DNA of 64,000 bases from an uncultured Gemmatimonadales bacterium (GCA_963716255.1 OY970303.1:2592001-2656000), one strand, 5' to 3'. Positions 8,859 to 18,951 are shown, counted from the first letter of the stretch. Notes: generated by a model from the letters alone, not told the origin. Made by a program: numbers and translations.

Positions 8859-8895
8859 AGGCGCCGCCCACCCCGGGCGGCGCCTTCGTTTTTTT
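8859..8895 (+). terminator. Intrinsic terminator
   Basis: AGGCGCCGCCC/GGGCGGCGCCT stem followed by a T-run. Confidence 0.75.
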
Positions 8896-9026
8896 CCCGG
8901 CCCCGCGCGGAGCAGCGTTGCGTCGCCCCCTTCCCCACATCAACTTTGGGCCGGCCCGCCGGCCGAACCGCCGGACGCCACGGGGGTAATGGAGCGGGCA
9001 ACCACAGCGAACAGGCTACACGTCAG

Positions 9027-9635
9027 ATGATAGAGATCACGCAGGCCGCGCGCGGAAAGATCCAGTCGCTCATCGACGCGGAGCTCGTGCGCGAGCCTGC
9101 GCTCCGCATCGGGCTGGCCCCGGAGGCCGAGCGCCGCAGTCCCCTGCAGCTCCCGTACGTGATCTCCCTGGTGGAGCGCGAGGACAAGGAGCGCACCGAG
9201 ATCGCCATCAACGTGGAGGGGATCCGGGTGCTCCTCAACCTGGACACTTCCAACCTGCTCAGCGGGGCCACCATCGACTGGCTCCAGGACGAGGGCGCCA
9301 GCGGCTTCCAGGTACGCACCCCGGAGCCGGTGCGGCGCCCTCCCCGGCCGGCGGGGGAGGCTTCCACGGCTTCCGGTCCGCTCGCGGAGCGGGTGCAGGC
9401 GGTGTTCGAGGAGCTGGTGAACCCGCGCATCGCGTCGCACGGCGGGGCGGTGGAGCTGGTGGACGTGGAGGACAACAATGTCTACATCCGCATGAGCGGC
9501 GGCTGCCAGGGGTGCTCCGCGTCGGCGGCCACGCTGCGCATGGGGATCGAGCGGACGCTGCGGGAGGAGATCCCGGAGGTGGGCGAGATCCACGACGTGA
9601 CCGACCACGACGCGGGGGTCAGCCCGTACTTCTGA
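9027..9635 (+). CDS. nfuA: Fe-S biogenesis protein NfuA (degenerate A-type domain plus NifU-C domain)
   Basis: MIEITQAA...; NPRIASHGGAVEL, GGCQGC, DVTDHDAGVSPYF. Confidence 0.88.
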   Translation: MIEITQAARGKIQSLIDAELVREPALRIGLAPEAERRSPLQLPYVISLVEREDKERTEIAINVEGIRVLLNLDTSNLLSGATIDWLQDEGASGFQVRTPEPVRRPPRPAGEASTASGPLAERVQAVFEELVNPRIASHGGAVELVDVEDNNVYIRMSGGCQGCSASAATLRMGIERTLREEIPEVGEIHDVTDHDAGVSPYF

Positions 9636-9657
9636 TCCGGCTTTTTACGGCTGGTTT

Positions 9658-9786
9658 GGGCGTGCCCCCGGCTGGCGCCGGGGTCGGGCTTCGGCTCCGT
9701 AAGCGAGCAAACAACGCTCGCTAACGGAGTCGAGCCCGCGCAAACAGCCGCGCGGTCTCGCCCCTTCGGGCCGAAATCCCTCACGC
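9658..9786 (+). repeat. Structured dispersed repeat A, copy 2
   Basis: Begins 23 nt after the nfuA stop; hairpin 1 AGCGAGC-AAACAAC-GCTCGCT. Confidence 0.92.
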
Positions 9787-9821
9787 AACTACTTTCCCGT
9801 TCTCTAGATCCAGCAGTTGCC

Positions 9822-9874
9822 CCCTCTCCCAGAATTGGGAGAGGGTGGCGGCTCTAAGGCCGCCGGGTGAGGGC
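9822..9874 (+). repeat. boxC-like module B2
   Basis: CCCTCTCCCAGAATTGGGAGAGGGTGGCG...GCCGGGTGAGGG; also near 35097, 40282, 41619(-), 53747. Confidence 0.8.
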
Positions 9875-9887
9875 TTGCGGGGCCGCG

Positions 9888-12800
9888 CTACGGGTGCGCG
9901 GCCCCGCCTTCGTGCTCCGTCCTGCGCTCGGCACCGGCCGAGCGGCGATCGCCGGCGGCGACCGTCGCGGCCGCGTCGCCCGAGCGCCTCGCGTCGGGCT
10001 CCGCGCCGCCGTCCTCCGGCGGGGGCGGGCCGGCGCGGGGGAGCACCAGGGAAAAGACGCTGCCGCGGCCGGGGTCGCTCTCCACCTCGATCCGGCCGCC
10101 GATGAGGGCGGCGTAGCGGCCGGACAGGTACAGGCCCAGGCCTGTGCCCTCGTGCGCGCGGTTGAAGCCGCTCTGCAGCTGCTCGAAGGGGCGGAAGAGG
10201 CGGGCCTGGTCCGCGGGGGTGATCCCCGGGCCGGTGTCGGCAACGGACAGCACCACCTCGTCGGCGCGCGGCCGCACCGAGATGCGCACCTCGCCGTGCT
10301 CGGTGAACTTGACGGCGTTGCCGGCCAGGTTGATGAGCACCTGGCGGACCTTGTCCGCGTCACTGGGGATGGTGGCTTCGCCGGGGCACCGGTCGATGCC
10401 GAAGGCCAGCGACTTGTCGCCGGCGAGCGGCTCGATCACCGCGGCCACCTCCTCCGCCAGCGCGCACAGGTCCACCTCGGCGATGCGCACCTCGGTGCGC
10501 CCCGCCTCCAGCCGCGCGAACGAAAGCACCTCCTCGATCAGCCCGCGTAGGTGGCGCGACGCCGCCCCGATGCGGCCCATGGCCTCGCGCTGCGCGGCGG
10601 TCACCGGGCCGTGGAGCTCCATCTCCAGCAGCTGCAGGTGGCCCAGCACCGCGTTCAGCGGCGTGCGCAGCTCGTGGCTCATGGTGGCGATGAAGTCCGA
10701 CTTGGCGCGCGACGCCTCCTGGGCCGCCTCCAGCAGGCGGGCGTTGCGCAGCGCTACCGCGGCGTGGTCGGCGAAGGCGGCCAGCAGCGCGGCGTCGGCC
10801 GGGCGGAAGGGCTCGTCGCTCCGGGCGGCGGTGAGCACCCCCAGCGCCTCGTCGCCCACCCGCAGCGGGACGGACGCCTCGTAGCGCCCCTCGCGCTCCA
10901 GCGCGGGAACGGCCTCGTGCAGCGGCCCCTCCAGCAGCCTCTTCTCCACGGCGACCAGGGTGCCCACCGGGCTCCCCGCCGCGCCCGAGGTGGCGACCAC
11001 CTCCAGCTCGCGGCCCTCGCCCTCGCCGCGCAGGAGAGCCACCGTGCACGCGTCCGAGCGGACGATGCGCCCCGCCTCGCGCGCGACCACCGCCAGCGTT
11101 TCCCTCAAGCCCTGCGCGGCCGAGATGGTCCGCGCCACCGTGCGGATCGCCTCGCTCTCCCGGGCGCGGCGGCGCTCGGCGGCCACCAGACCGGCGTTCT
11201 CCACAGCGACGGCGGCGTGGCGGGCCAGCCGCTCCAGCAGGCTCAGGTCCGCGTCCGTGAAGCTTCGCCCGCCGGAGCGCGAGCGCACGGCCGTGAGCGT
11301 CCCCAGCGCCCCCGAGCGCCCGGTGAGCGGCGCCAGGATCACGGAGCCCACCTGCTCCGGGTCGATGTAGGCGCGGCGGATCCGCGGGTCCGAGCCCGCG
11401 TCGGGGAGGAGCACCGGGCTCCCCTGCCGCACCACCCAGCCGAGCACCGAGTCCTCCAGGGGGATCTCGCACCCGGCGGTGGAGGCCAGCAGCCCCAGCG
11501 CGTAGTCGGCGGCGCGCAGCGTCCGCCCGCCGGGCCGGAGCAGGGCGATCCCGCACCCGTCGGGGTCCACCAGCCGGTTGGCCGCGTCGGTGATGCGCCT
11601 CAGCAGCTCGTCCGCGTCCAGCGTGGAGGCCAGCGACCGGGCGATCTCGCCCAGCTCCACCAGCTCCTCGGTGCGCCCGGCCAGCGATCCGGCCATGTGG
11701 TCGAAGGCGCGGCCCAGCTCGTGGATCTCCAGCGGCGCGGCCTGGGGAAGGCTCCCCACCCGCGCGTCCAGCCCGCCCGCGGCCAGCGCCGTGGCGGCCT
11801 CGCGCATGCGCAGCAGGGGGCCGGCGAGGTAGCCGGCCAGCACGTCGCTGATCCCCAGCGCCAGCAGCGTCACGCCGATGAGGAGCGCCAGCAGGCGCAC
11901 GTACGACTCGGCGGCGAACGCCTGGATCCCGGAGTACGGCTGCTCCGTCCACACCCACCAGTCCAGCGCCTGGATGTGGGCGACGCCGGCCAGCACCTGC
12001 CCGGCGTTCTCCGCGGTGGCGGGAGCCCTCCCCCTCACCGGGTAGGTGGCGGTCCCGTCCTGTCCCACCACCCGCACGGCGGCGAACACCAGCGAGTCCT
12101 GGAGGGTTCGCGGGGCCTCGCCGGGCCGGTAGCGGGCATAGGTGTCCAGCACCAGCGTACCGCGTCCGTCCGCCACGCGCAGCCGGGCCGCCGGGACGGA
12201 GGGCGAGGTCGGGCGGGGGAGCGCCTTGAGGTCCAGCGCGCCCAGGACAAACCCGGCGAGCGTGTCGGCCAGGACGATGGGGTGGGCGATCACCACCAGC
12301 GGCTCGTCCACCCCGCCCCGCCCGGCGAACACCTCGGACACCACGGTGCGGCGGGTGTCGCGCAGCCTGCGGAAGTAGCCGCGGTCGCTGAAGTCCAAGC
12401 CCAGCAGGGAGTCGCCGCGGGCATTGACGGCCGGCTCGAACGCGAGCGTGACGGCGCGGGAATCCGCGGCGTACATGTCCACGAAGCCGGGGAACTGGTC
12501 CTGCTCCGCCCGGACCAGCCGCTGCAGCTGCGCCGGGTCGATCACCCCCTGCAGCTCCGCCGCCTGGGCGACGGAGCGCACCGAGCTCGCGTGCAGCGCC
12601 ACGTACTGGTCCAGCCCGGAAGCATACGAGCGCGCCGCCAGCGCTACCCGCTCCCTCGCGCGCTCCACGCTCTGCTCCCACTCCTGGCGCCCGGTCCAGA
12701 TCCCGAAGCCCAGCGCCGGGGTGACGGCGGCGAGCGCGACCACCACCGCCAGCGCCGAGCGGAGGCGGGCGGCGGTCTTCACGCGCAGCGCCCGGCGCAC

Positions 12801-13277
12801 CAGCGGGATCAGGTAGAGCGCTTCCGCCCCCAGGGCGTTGATCAGCCCGTTGAACGGCTGCTTGAGGAAGAGCACCGCGGCCGCGTCGCCGGAGACGCCC
12901 AGGACCAGGCCGTAGGTGAGGAAAAGCAGGGGGAGTCCCGCGAAGAGCCAGTACAGGAGGTCGGCCACCAGGGGGCGGCGGCCGCGCACGTGCGACAGGT
13001 ACCCCACCGCCGCGCCCTCCAGGCTGAAGATCAGCCAGGCGTACGGGTGGTTCCACAGGGTGAGGGTGCCCACCGAGGCGATGGCGGCGGCCAGGAACCC
13101 CGGGCCGGGGCCAAGCGCCACCGCGGCCAGCAGGTACGCCACCCCGCCGAACAGCAGGTCCGTCCCCGGCGAGAGCGGGACGGGATACAGGTTCAGCCCC
13201 CAGCCGGCGATCCCCAGGAGGACCGCGGCCCCCCAGCGGAACGCGAGGATGCGGCCGCGCAGCCCCGGGTTCCGCAA
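9888..13277 (-). CDS. Multi-domain sensor histidine kinase (multi-TM, Cache, HAMP, two GAF, HisKA, HATPase)
   Basis: DFSDRGYF (Cache), MSHELRTPLNA H-box, INLAGNAVKFT, DTGPGI, GTGLGL. Confidence 0.92.
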   Translation of the reverse strand: MRNPGLRGRILAFRWGAAVLLGIAGWGLNLYPVPLSPGTDLLFGGVAYLLAAVALGPGPGFLAAAIASVGTLTLWNHPYAWLIFSLEGAAVGYLSHVRGRRPLVADLLYWLFAGLPLLFLTYGLVLGVSGDAAAVLFLKQPFNGLINALGAEALYLIPLVRRALRVKTAARLRSALAVVVALAAVTPALGFGIWTGRQEWEQSVERARERVALAARSYASGLDQYVALHASSVRSVAQAAELQGVIDPAQLQRLVRAEQDQFPGFVDMYAADSRAVTLAFEPAVNARGDSLLGLDFSDRGYFRRLRDTRRTVVSEVFAGRGGVDEPLVVIAHPIVLADTLAGFVLGALDLKALPRPTSPSVPAARLRVADGRGTLVLDTYARYRPGEAPRTLQDSLVFAAVRVVGQDGTATYPVRGRAPATAENAGQVLAGVAHIQALDWWVWTEQPYSGIQAFAAESYVRLLALLIGVTLLALGISDVLAGYLAGPLLRMREAATALAAGGLDARVGSLPQAAPLEIHELGRAFDHMAGSLAGRTEELVELGEIARSLASTLDADELLRRITDAANRLVDPDGCGIALLRPGGRTLRAADYALGLLASTAGCEIPLEDSVLGWVVRQGSPVLLPDAGSDPRIRRAYIDPEQVGSVILAPLTGRSGALGTLTAVRSRSGGRSFTDADLSLLERLARHAAVAVENAGLVAAERRRARESEAIRTVARTISAAQGLRETLAVVAREAGRIVRSDACTVALLRGEGEGRELEVVATSGAAGSPVGTLVAVEKRLLEGPLHEAVPALEREGRYEASVPLRVGDEALGVLTAARSDEPFRPADAALLAAFADHAAVALRNARLLEAAQEASRAKSDFIATMSHELRTPLNAVLGHLQLLEMELHGPVTAAQREAMGRIGAASRHLRGLIEEVLSFARLEAGRTEVRIAEVDLCALAEEVAAVIEPLAGDKSLAFGIDRCPGEATIPSDADKVRQVLINLAGNAVKFTEHGEVRISVRPRADEVVLSVADTGPGITPADQARLFRPFEQLQSGFNRAHEGTGLGLYLSGRYAALIGGRIEVESDPGRGSVFSLVLPRAGPPPPEDGGAEPDARRSGDAAATVAAGDRRSAGAERRTEHEGGAAHP

Positions 13278-13282
13278 CGGGG

Positions 13283-14575
13283 CTACCCCGCCCTCCGCGT
13301 CTTGCGGCGGAGAAAGTCCTTCATGATGTACTGCCCCAGGGTGAGCGTGGTGGTGAAGTACGCCTTGCCCCGCGCGATCTCCGTGACCCGGTTCACGAAG
13401 GCCACCAGGTAGGGGTCGCGGGCCAGCATGAAGGTGTTGATGAGGATCCCGGCCTTGCGGCAGGCGGCGACCTCCTGGAAGGTCTCGCGCAGCACCCGCT
13501 GGTCCAGCCCCATGGAGTTCTTGTAGACGCGCCCGTCCGGGAGCGTCACGGCGGACGGCTTGCCGTCGGTGATCATCACCACCTGGCGCATGTCCTTGTT
13601 CTGCGCCAGGAGGAGCCGCCGCGCCAGCTTCAGCCCTTCCGCGGTGTTGGTGTGGAAGGGGCCCACCTGCGCGTGCGACAGCCGCGACAGCGGGATCTCG
13701 TCCGCCCGGTCGCCGAAGGTGACCACCCGCAGGGTGTCGCCGGGGAACTGCGTGCGGATGAGGTGCGAGAGCGCCAGCGCCACCTTCTTGGCCGGGGTGA
13801 AGCGGTCCTCGCCGTACAGGATCATGGAGTGGCTGGTGTCCAGAAGGAGCACGGTGGCGCAGCTGGAGCGGTACTCGGACTGGTGGACGTACAGGTCGCC
13901 GTAGTCCAGGTCGATCCTGCCGTCCTCACGCAGGCCGTCGTGGGCGAGCGCGCTCCTGAGGGTGGCGGGGATGTCCAGGTTCAGGGTGTCGCCGAACTGG
14001 TACGGCCGGCTGGCGGACTCCGCCTCCACCCCGGTGGCGAGGTGCGGGGTATCGTGCGAGCCGAAGGAGGACTTGCCCATGGCGCCCAGCAGACCGCGGA
14101 GGGTGCGGTACCCCAGGAAGTCGATTCCCTTGCCGGTCAGGTTGAACTCCACCTGCCGGGCGGCGGAGCGCGCCTCGTCCACCTTTCCCTCGCCGGCCTC
14201 CGGCGGCGGACCGCCGGGCGCGCCGGGCTGCGTCACGTTGAGGTAGCCCTCCTCCACCAGCCGCTCGATCAGCCGGTCCAGCAGGTCGGCGATCTCCTGC
14301 CGCAGGGTGTCGTCCCCCTCGCCGTCGCCGCGCAGCTCCGCCAGCATCTCCGGCGTGAGCTGTCCGCTCTCGATGAGGGCGCGGAGGAGCGCGTCCCGCA
14401 GGGCGTCCATGGAGTGGTCGTCGTCGTCGCCGAACTCGCCCCAGTACGGGTGCGAGTGCGGCCCGCCGGCGAACCCGCTCTGCAGCAGGAAGTCGGAAAG
14501 GTGGTCGAGCAGCGCCTGGAGGTTGAGGGCGTCCGCGCGATTGCCGGTGTAGCGGGTATAGTTGGTGAATCGCAT
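13283..14575 (-). CDS. VWA domain-containing protein
   Basis: [22 protein letters not shown]; start ATG 14575. Confidence 0.88.
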   Translation of the reverse strand: MRFTNYTRYTGNRADALNLQALLDHLSDFLLQSGFAGGPHSHPYWGEFGDDDDHSMDALRDALLRALIESGQLTPEMLAELRGDGEGDDTLRQEIADLLDRLIERLVEEGYLNVTQPGAPGGPPPEAGEGKVDEARSAARQVEFNLTGKGIDFLGYRTLRGLLGAMGKSSFGSHDTPHLATGVEAESASRPYQFGDTLNLDIPATLRSALAHDGLREDGRIDLDYGDLYVHQSEYRSSCATVLLLDTSHSMILYGEDRFTPAKKVALALSHLIRTQFPGDTLRVVTFGDRADEIPLSRLSHAQVGPFHTNTAEGLKLARRLLLAQNKDMRQVVMITDGKPSAVTLPDGRVYKNSMGLDQRVLRETFQEVAACRKAGILINTFMLARDPYLVAFVNRVTEIARGKAYFTTTLTLGQYIMKDFLRRKTRRAG

Positions 14576-14965
14576 GCTCTCACTCCCGGATGACGCCACC
14601 GCACTGCGAGACCAGCACATCCCGGGCCATCCGACCGCCGCGCGGATGGCCCGCCCTCGTTGCAAGCTACGGGGCCCGGCCCCACCGGAACAGGGAAACG
14701 AGCCCGGGCGATGTCCCCGCCCCGCGGAGCGAAGCCGCCCGCGCCGACTCCGGGGCGGCGCCGGCGCGCGCGGGACGTTCACGGCGCTCCGGCACCGCGA
14801 CTTCCCCCCGGCGGACGCGGCCCGCGGGGGTTTTCGCCGGCCGCCGGCCGCGGGCCCGGGCGCGCGCCGCGCGCCCCCCTCGCCGGGATGGGCGTATCTC
14901 CTTATATTGACCCAACCTCGCGTCCCCCTGGACGCTCTTCCCCGGCGCGTTCCCTGGACGACCAC

Positions 14966-15370
14966 GTGGATCGAAAACCGGTAATCCGGGCAGTCCTGGG
15001 CGCGCTGCTGGCGCTTGCGGCCGCCGGGCGCCCCGGGGCCGCGCAGACCATCGAGCGCGACGGCCAGCGGGTGGAGGTGCAGGTGTCCGCGAACTCCAGC
15101 GGCTCCACGGCGGTGTGCCTGGAGAGCCACCCGAGCGTCAGGGGACGGAAGAAGCTCACCGTGTGGTACGGGAGCGCCTCGGCCCGGCTCGGCACCACGG
15201 CGGACGACCGCGGCCCGCACTGCGCCTTCTTCGACCCGACGGGGCCCCGCTTCACCGTCCGGCTGGAGTACTCGCAGCTGGTGCTGCTGACGGCGATCCT
15301 GGCGGACCGCGAGTTCGACCGCGAGGAGATGCGCGGCAAGACGATCACCTTCCGATGGGTCGCCGAGTGA
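14966..15370 (+). CDS. Secreted hypothetical protein
   Basis: Signal-like N-terminus, two Cys, GTGA overlap with mutY. Confidence 0.65.
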   Translation: MDRKPVIRAVLGALLALAAAGRPGAAQTIERDGQRVEVQVSANSSGSTAVCLESHPSVRGRKKLTVWYGSASARLGTTADDRGPHCAFFDPTGPRFTVRLEYSQLVLLTAILADREFDREEMRGKTITFRWVAE

Positions 15371-16467
15371 CCCACCCCCGCCCCCGCGGCGGCCTCCCCC
15401 TCCTCCGCGAGCGCCTCCTCCGCTGGTACGACGAGCACCGCCGCGACCTCCCCTGGCGCGCCGCGCCGGGCGAGGCGCCGGACCCGTACCGCGTGTGGCT
15501 GTCGGAGGTGATGCTCCAGCAGACGCGCGTGGAGACGGTGCGCCCGTACTTCGAGCGGTGGCTGGAGCGCTTCCCCAGCCTCCCCGCGCTGGCCGGCGCC
15601 CCGCTGGACGACGTGCTCAAGCAGTGGGAGGGGCTGGGCTACTACTCGCGTGCCCGCAACTTCCACCGCGCGGTGCGCGAGGTGGCGGAGCGCTACGCGG
15701 GCGAGGTCCCGGGCGACCCGGAGGCGTTCCGCGCCCTGCCGGGGGTGGGGCGCTACACGGCGGGGGCGGTGATGTCCATCGCCTTCGGGCGGGAGGAGCC
15801 GCTGGTGGACGGCAACGTGCGCCGCGTGTTCGCCCGCTGGACGGACGCGCCGGAGCCCGCGGAGGCGGACCTGTGGGCGCTGGCCGACGCCCTGGTCCCC
15901 GGCGAGCGCCCGGGCGACCTGAACCAGGCGGTGATGGAGCTGGGGGCCACGGTGTGCGTCCCGCGCGGCCCGCGCTGCGGCGAGTGCCCGGTGCGCGAGC
16001 ACTGCCGCGCCTTCGCCGCAGGCACGCAGGACCAGCGCCCCCTGCCCCGCAAGGCGAAGCCCACGCCGCACGAGGACACCGCCAGCGCGGTGGTGGAGCA
16101 CGAGGGGCGGCTGCTCCTGGTGCGCCGCCCGGTGGACGCGCGGCTGGGCGGGATGTGGGCCTTTCCCGCGGCGGTCCGCCGCCCCGGCGAGACCGCCGGC
16201 GCGGCGGCGGAGCGCGCCGTGCGCGAGGGGCTGGGGGTGGAGGTGCGGGCGGGGGAGGAGATCGCGCGGGTGCCGCACGCCTTCACCCACGTGCGCGTGA
16301 CCTACCGCGCAGTGCGCTGCGCGTGGGCCGGCGGCGCCCCGCGTCCGCTCGGCTACGACGCCTGGGCGTGGGCGGGTCCGGAGGAGCTGGACGCCTACGC
16401 GCTCCCGGTCGCACAGAGAAAGATCGCCGCGCTGGCGACCGAGGCGACGCTTTTCGGCGGGCTCTGA
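15367..16467 (+). CDS. mutY: A/G-specific adenine DNA glycosylase
   Basis: PYRVWLSEVMLQQTRV, WEGLGYYSRARN, HhH LPGVGRYTA, CX6CX2CX5C cluster, NUDIX-like tail. Confidence 0.96.
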   Translation: MTHPRPRGGLPLLRERLLRWYDEHRRDLPWRAAPGEAPDPYRVWLSEVMLQQTRVETVRPYFERWLERFPSLPALAGAPLDDVLKQWEGLGYYSRARNFHRAVREVAERYAGEVPGDPEAFRALPGVGRYTAGAVMSIAFGREEPLVDGNVRRVFARWTDAPEPAEADLWALADALVPGERPGDLNQAVMELGATVCVPRGPRCGECPVREHCRAFAAGTQDQRPLPRKAKPTPHEDTASAVVEHEGRLLLVRRPVDARLGGMWAFPAAVRRPGETAGAAAERAVREGLGVEVRAGEEIARVPHAFTHVRVTYRAVRCAWAGGAPRPLGYDAWAWAGPEELDAYALPVAQRKIAALATEATLFGGL

Positions 16468-16594
16468 GCTCCCCGCCGCCGCCCTCCCGACACACCGAAG
16501 CCCCCGCGGCACCTGCCGCCGGGGGCTTCTCGCGTCGTAATCGCGTGCAGCGCGACACCGAACTTCAAAGCGCTCTGGCGGGCTTCGGAGTTGA

Positions 16595-16708
16595 GGGTCG
16601 GCCAGGGGAGGCTCCTCCGGCGGTGCGAAACTCGCCCACCGGTTGAGCAGGTCCGCGAGATCACGCTGGCTTCGAACAAACGCACCGCCTGCGGACCCTC
16701 CCCCGACC
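16595..16708 (+). ncRNA. Candidate structured element with AAACUCG/UUCGAACA internal loop
   Basis: Nested stems GGTCGG/CCGACC, GGGGAGG/CCTCCCC, GGCGGTGCG/CGCACCGCC. Confidence 0.4.
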
Positions 16709-16806
16709 TCCCTGCGCTAGATCGCTGAACGACACCCGCCCCGCAGTTGCAGTGCTCCCCCTCTCCCGCTTGCGGGGGAGGGGGCCGGGGGGAGGGGGCC
16801 GCAGTC

Positions 16807-16935
16807 GCGTGAGGGATTACGGCCCGAAGGGGCGAGACCGCGCGGCTGTTTGCGCGGGCTCGACTCCGTTACGCACGGTCGTTTCGTGCGTTACGGAGCC
16901 GAAGCCCGACCCCGGCGCCAGCCGGGGGCACGCCC
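16807..16935 (-). repeat. Structured dispersed repeat A, copy 3
   Basis: Begins 33 nt after the OsmC gene stop; hairpin 1 ACGCACG-AAACGAC-CGTGCGT. Confidence 0.92.
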
Positions 16936-16967
16936 AACCCCGCAGTTCGATCCGTCGGAACCATACG

Positions 16968-17375
16968 TCACCCGTAGACGAAAGCGACCTCCCGGCGGAC
17001 GTCCGGATGCAGGCTGCGGTCCACCGGGCAGGTGCGGGCCACGTGCTCCAGCCGCGCACGCTGGTCCGGGGTGAGCCCCCCCGGCATGCGGATGGTGACG
17101 GGGAGCGAGTCCACCCGCCGCGGGTCGGAGCGCATGTGCTTTTCCAGCGAAAAGGCGGCGCCCTCGAACGGGATCCCCTCGCGCTGGGCGACGATGGCCA
17201 TGGTGGTGACCATGCACGCCCCGAGCGACGCGGCCAGCAGGTCGGTGGGGGAGAAGGAGCTCCCGTCTCCCTGGTTGTCGACGGGGGCGGCGGTGGCGAC
17301 CTCGGCCCCGGAGGGACCGTGCCGCAGCCTCATCTTCAGGCCGCCCGTGTACTCGCCGGTGATCTCTACGGCCAT
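16968..17375 (-). CDS. OsmC family protein
   Basis: FSPTDLLAASLGACM and ARTCPVDRSL two-Cys motifs. Confidence 0.92.
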   Translation of the reverse strand: MAVEITGEYTGGLKMRLRHGPSGAEVATAAPVDNQGDGSSFSPTDLLAASLGACMVTTMAIVAQREGIPFEGAAFSLEKHMRSDPRRVDSLPVTIRMPGGLTPDQRARLEHVARTCPVDRSLHPDVRREVAFVYG

Positions 17376-17646
17376 CTCGCTTCCGCGGGTGGAGGGTCGG
17401 GCGGCGGGCGGGGCGCCCGCCGCGCCCCAATCTAGTCCCCGCCCCCCGCGGAGCGCACCCCCGCGCGTCCCCGGGAGGGCGGAGCTGTCCTCCGTGGAGG
17501 TCATCGCCAACGGCGGGACCGGGCTGGGAACATGTGATCCCGATGCACATCAACGGCTTGCGCCGAGCGCGCGGCGTGGCGCGCGTGATGCCGTCCACGG
17601 GGGCGTTCGCAGGTCCCGCTTCACGCACATCCCGTCAGAGGTCCCC

Positions 17647-18429
17647 ATGAGATTCCGTGCTTCCGCCCTGGTCCTGGGCGTCGCCGTCCTTGCCGCTTCC
17701 GCCGCACACGCGCAGACCCACGACGATCCCGGGGAGTGGGACGACCAGGGCCCGCGCTTCCCCAGGCGGCCCAGCGGCGTGTACGCGGGAGGCAGCTTCA
17801 ACTACGCGCGCCCCCAGGGCGAGTTCGGCGACAACGTGGAGCAGGGCTTCGGCGGGGACGTGCACCTCATCTACCAGCCGGCCGCGCGCGGGGCCCTGGG
17901 GCTGCGGCTGGACGCCGGGTTCCTCACCTACGGCCACGAGCGGATGCGCGTCCCGCTCAGCTCCACCATCGGCGGGCGCATCACGGTGGACGTGAACACG
18001 CTCAACAACATCGCCTTCGTGGGGGTGGGGCCGCAGATCGGGCTTCCGGACGGCAGGGCCCGGCCCTACGTGGGCGGGTTCGCGGGGTTCACGTACCTGT
18101 ACACCGAGTCGTCGGTGGAGGGGCGCGACGACGACCAGGCCTTCGCGCGCACCACCAACTACGACGACGCCACCTTCGCGTACGGGGGCCGGGCCGGGGT
18201 GTACTTCCCGCTGCGCGGCGGCCCCTCGCCGATCTCGCTGGACCTGGGCGTGGTCTACCTGAACGGCGGCGAGGCGGAGTACCTGCGCGAGGGCGACATC
18301 CAGGACAACTCCAACGGGACCATCTCGATCACGCCGTCCCGGAGCGACACGGACCTGCTCACCTTCCGAGCGGGCGTCACCGTGGGCATCCCGCGCTCCG
18401 ACGGTCGTCACCGCCGTCATCGCCATTGA
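17647..18429 (+). CDS. Outer-membrane beta-barrel protein
   Basis: Signal peptide; RPYVGGFAGFTY and other amphipathic strands. Confidence 0.78.
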   Translation: MRFRASALVLGVAVLAASAAHAQTHDDPGEWDDQGPRFPRRPSGVYAGGSFNYARPQGEFGDNVEQGFGGDVHLIYQPAARGALGLRLDAGFLTYGHERMRVPLSSTIGGRITVDVNTLNNIAFVGVGPQIGLPDGRARPYVGGFAGFTYLYTESSVEGRDDDQAFARTTNYDDATFAYGGRAGVYFPLRGGPSPISLDLGVVYLNGGEAEYLREGDIQDNSNGTISITPSRSDTDLLTFRAGVTVGIPRSDGRHRRHRH

Positions 18430-18469
18430 GCGTAACGATCGGGATGGCAACGGATTGAACGGCGTGTTC

Positions 18470-18596
18470 GGGCGTGCCCCCGCTGGCGCGGGGTCGGGCT
18501 GCGGCTCCGTAGCAGACGAAACAACCGTCTGCAACGGAGGCGAGCCCCGCCAAACTACCGGCGGGTCTCGCCGCTTCGCGCTCGCATCCCTCACGC
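18470..18596 (+). repeat. Structured dispersed repeat A, copy 4 (divergent)
   Basis: Hairpin 1 GCAGACG-AAACAAC-CGTCTGC; hairpin 2 CCCGCC-AAACTACC-GGCGGG. Confidence 0.9.
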
Positions 18597-18799
18597 GGGG
18601 CTCGTGCTGGCGCCCGCGGGGGCGGTCCCCCTCACCCCCCGGCCCCCTCTCCCACGAGGGGAGAGGGGGAGCACGACACGGCGACGGCGTGGATCGCAGC
18701 GTGGAGATTCCCCTCCCCCGGCACGGGGGAAATAGGGGGAAAGCCGTGCGGCTCTCAGGCCGCCGGGTGGGGGCCCCTGCCGACGCCAGCGCGGCACCC

Positions 18800-18928
18800 G
18801 CGTGAGGGATTCCGGCCCGGAGGGGCGAGACCCGCGGGCAGTTTCGCGGGGCTCGACTCCGTTGAGCAGCGTTGTTTGCTGCTCTACGGAGCCGAAGCCC
18901 GACCCCGGCGCCAGCCGGGGGCACGCCC
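18800..18928 (-). repeat. Structured dispersed repeat A, copy 5
   Basis: Begins 24 nt after the methyltransferase stop; hairpin 1 GAGCAGC-AAACAAC-GCTGCTC. Confidence 0.92.
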
Positions 18929-18951
18929 AACCCCGCAGCTCAGCAGTTCGT

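Noticed and set aside
16752..17059. Recurrent ORFs such as MRDxGPKGRD... and ...RAPGWRRGRASAP in the ORF track
   Set aside because: They are translations of repeat A in various frames, not a protein family.
17527..17553. GGAAC-N16-CATCAA as an ECF promoter for the beta-barrel gene
   Set aside because: Single occurrence with a weak -10; not distinguishable from chance.
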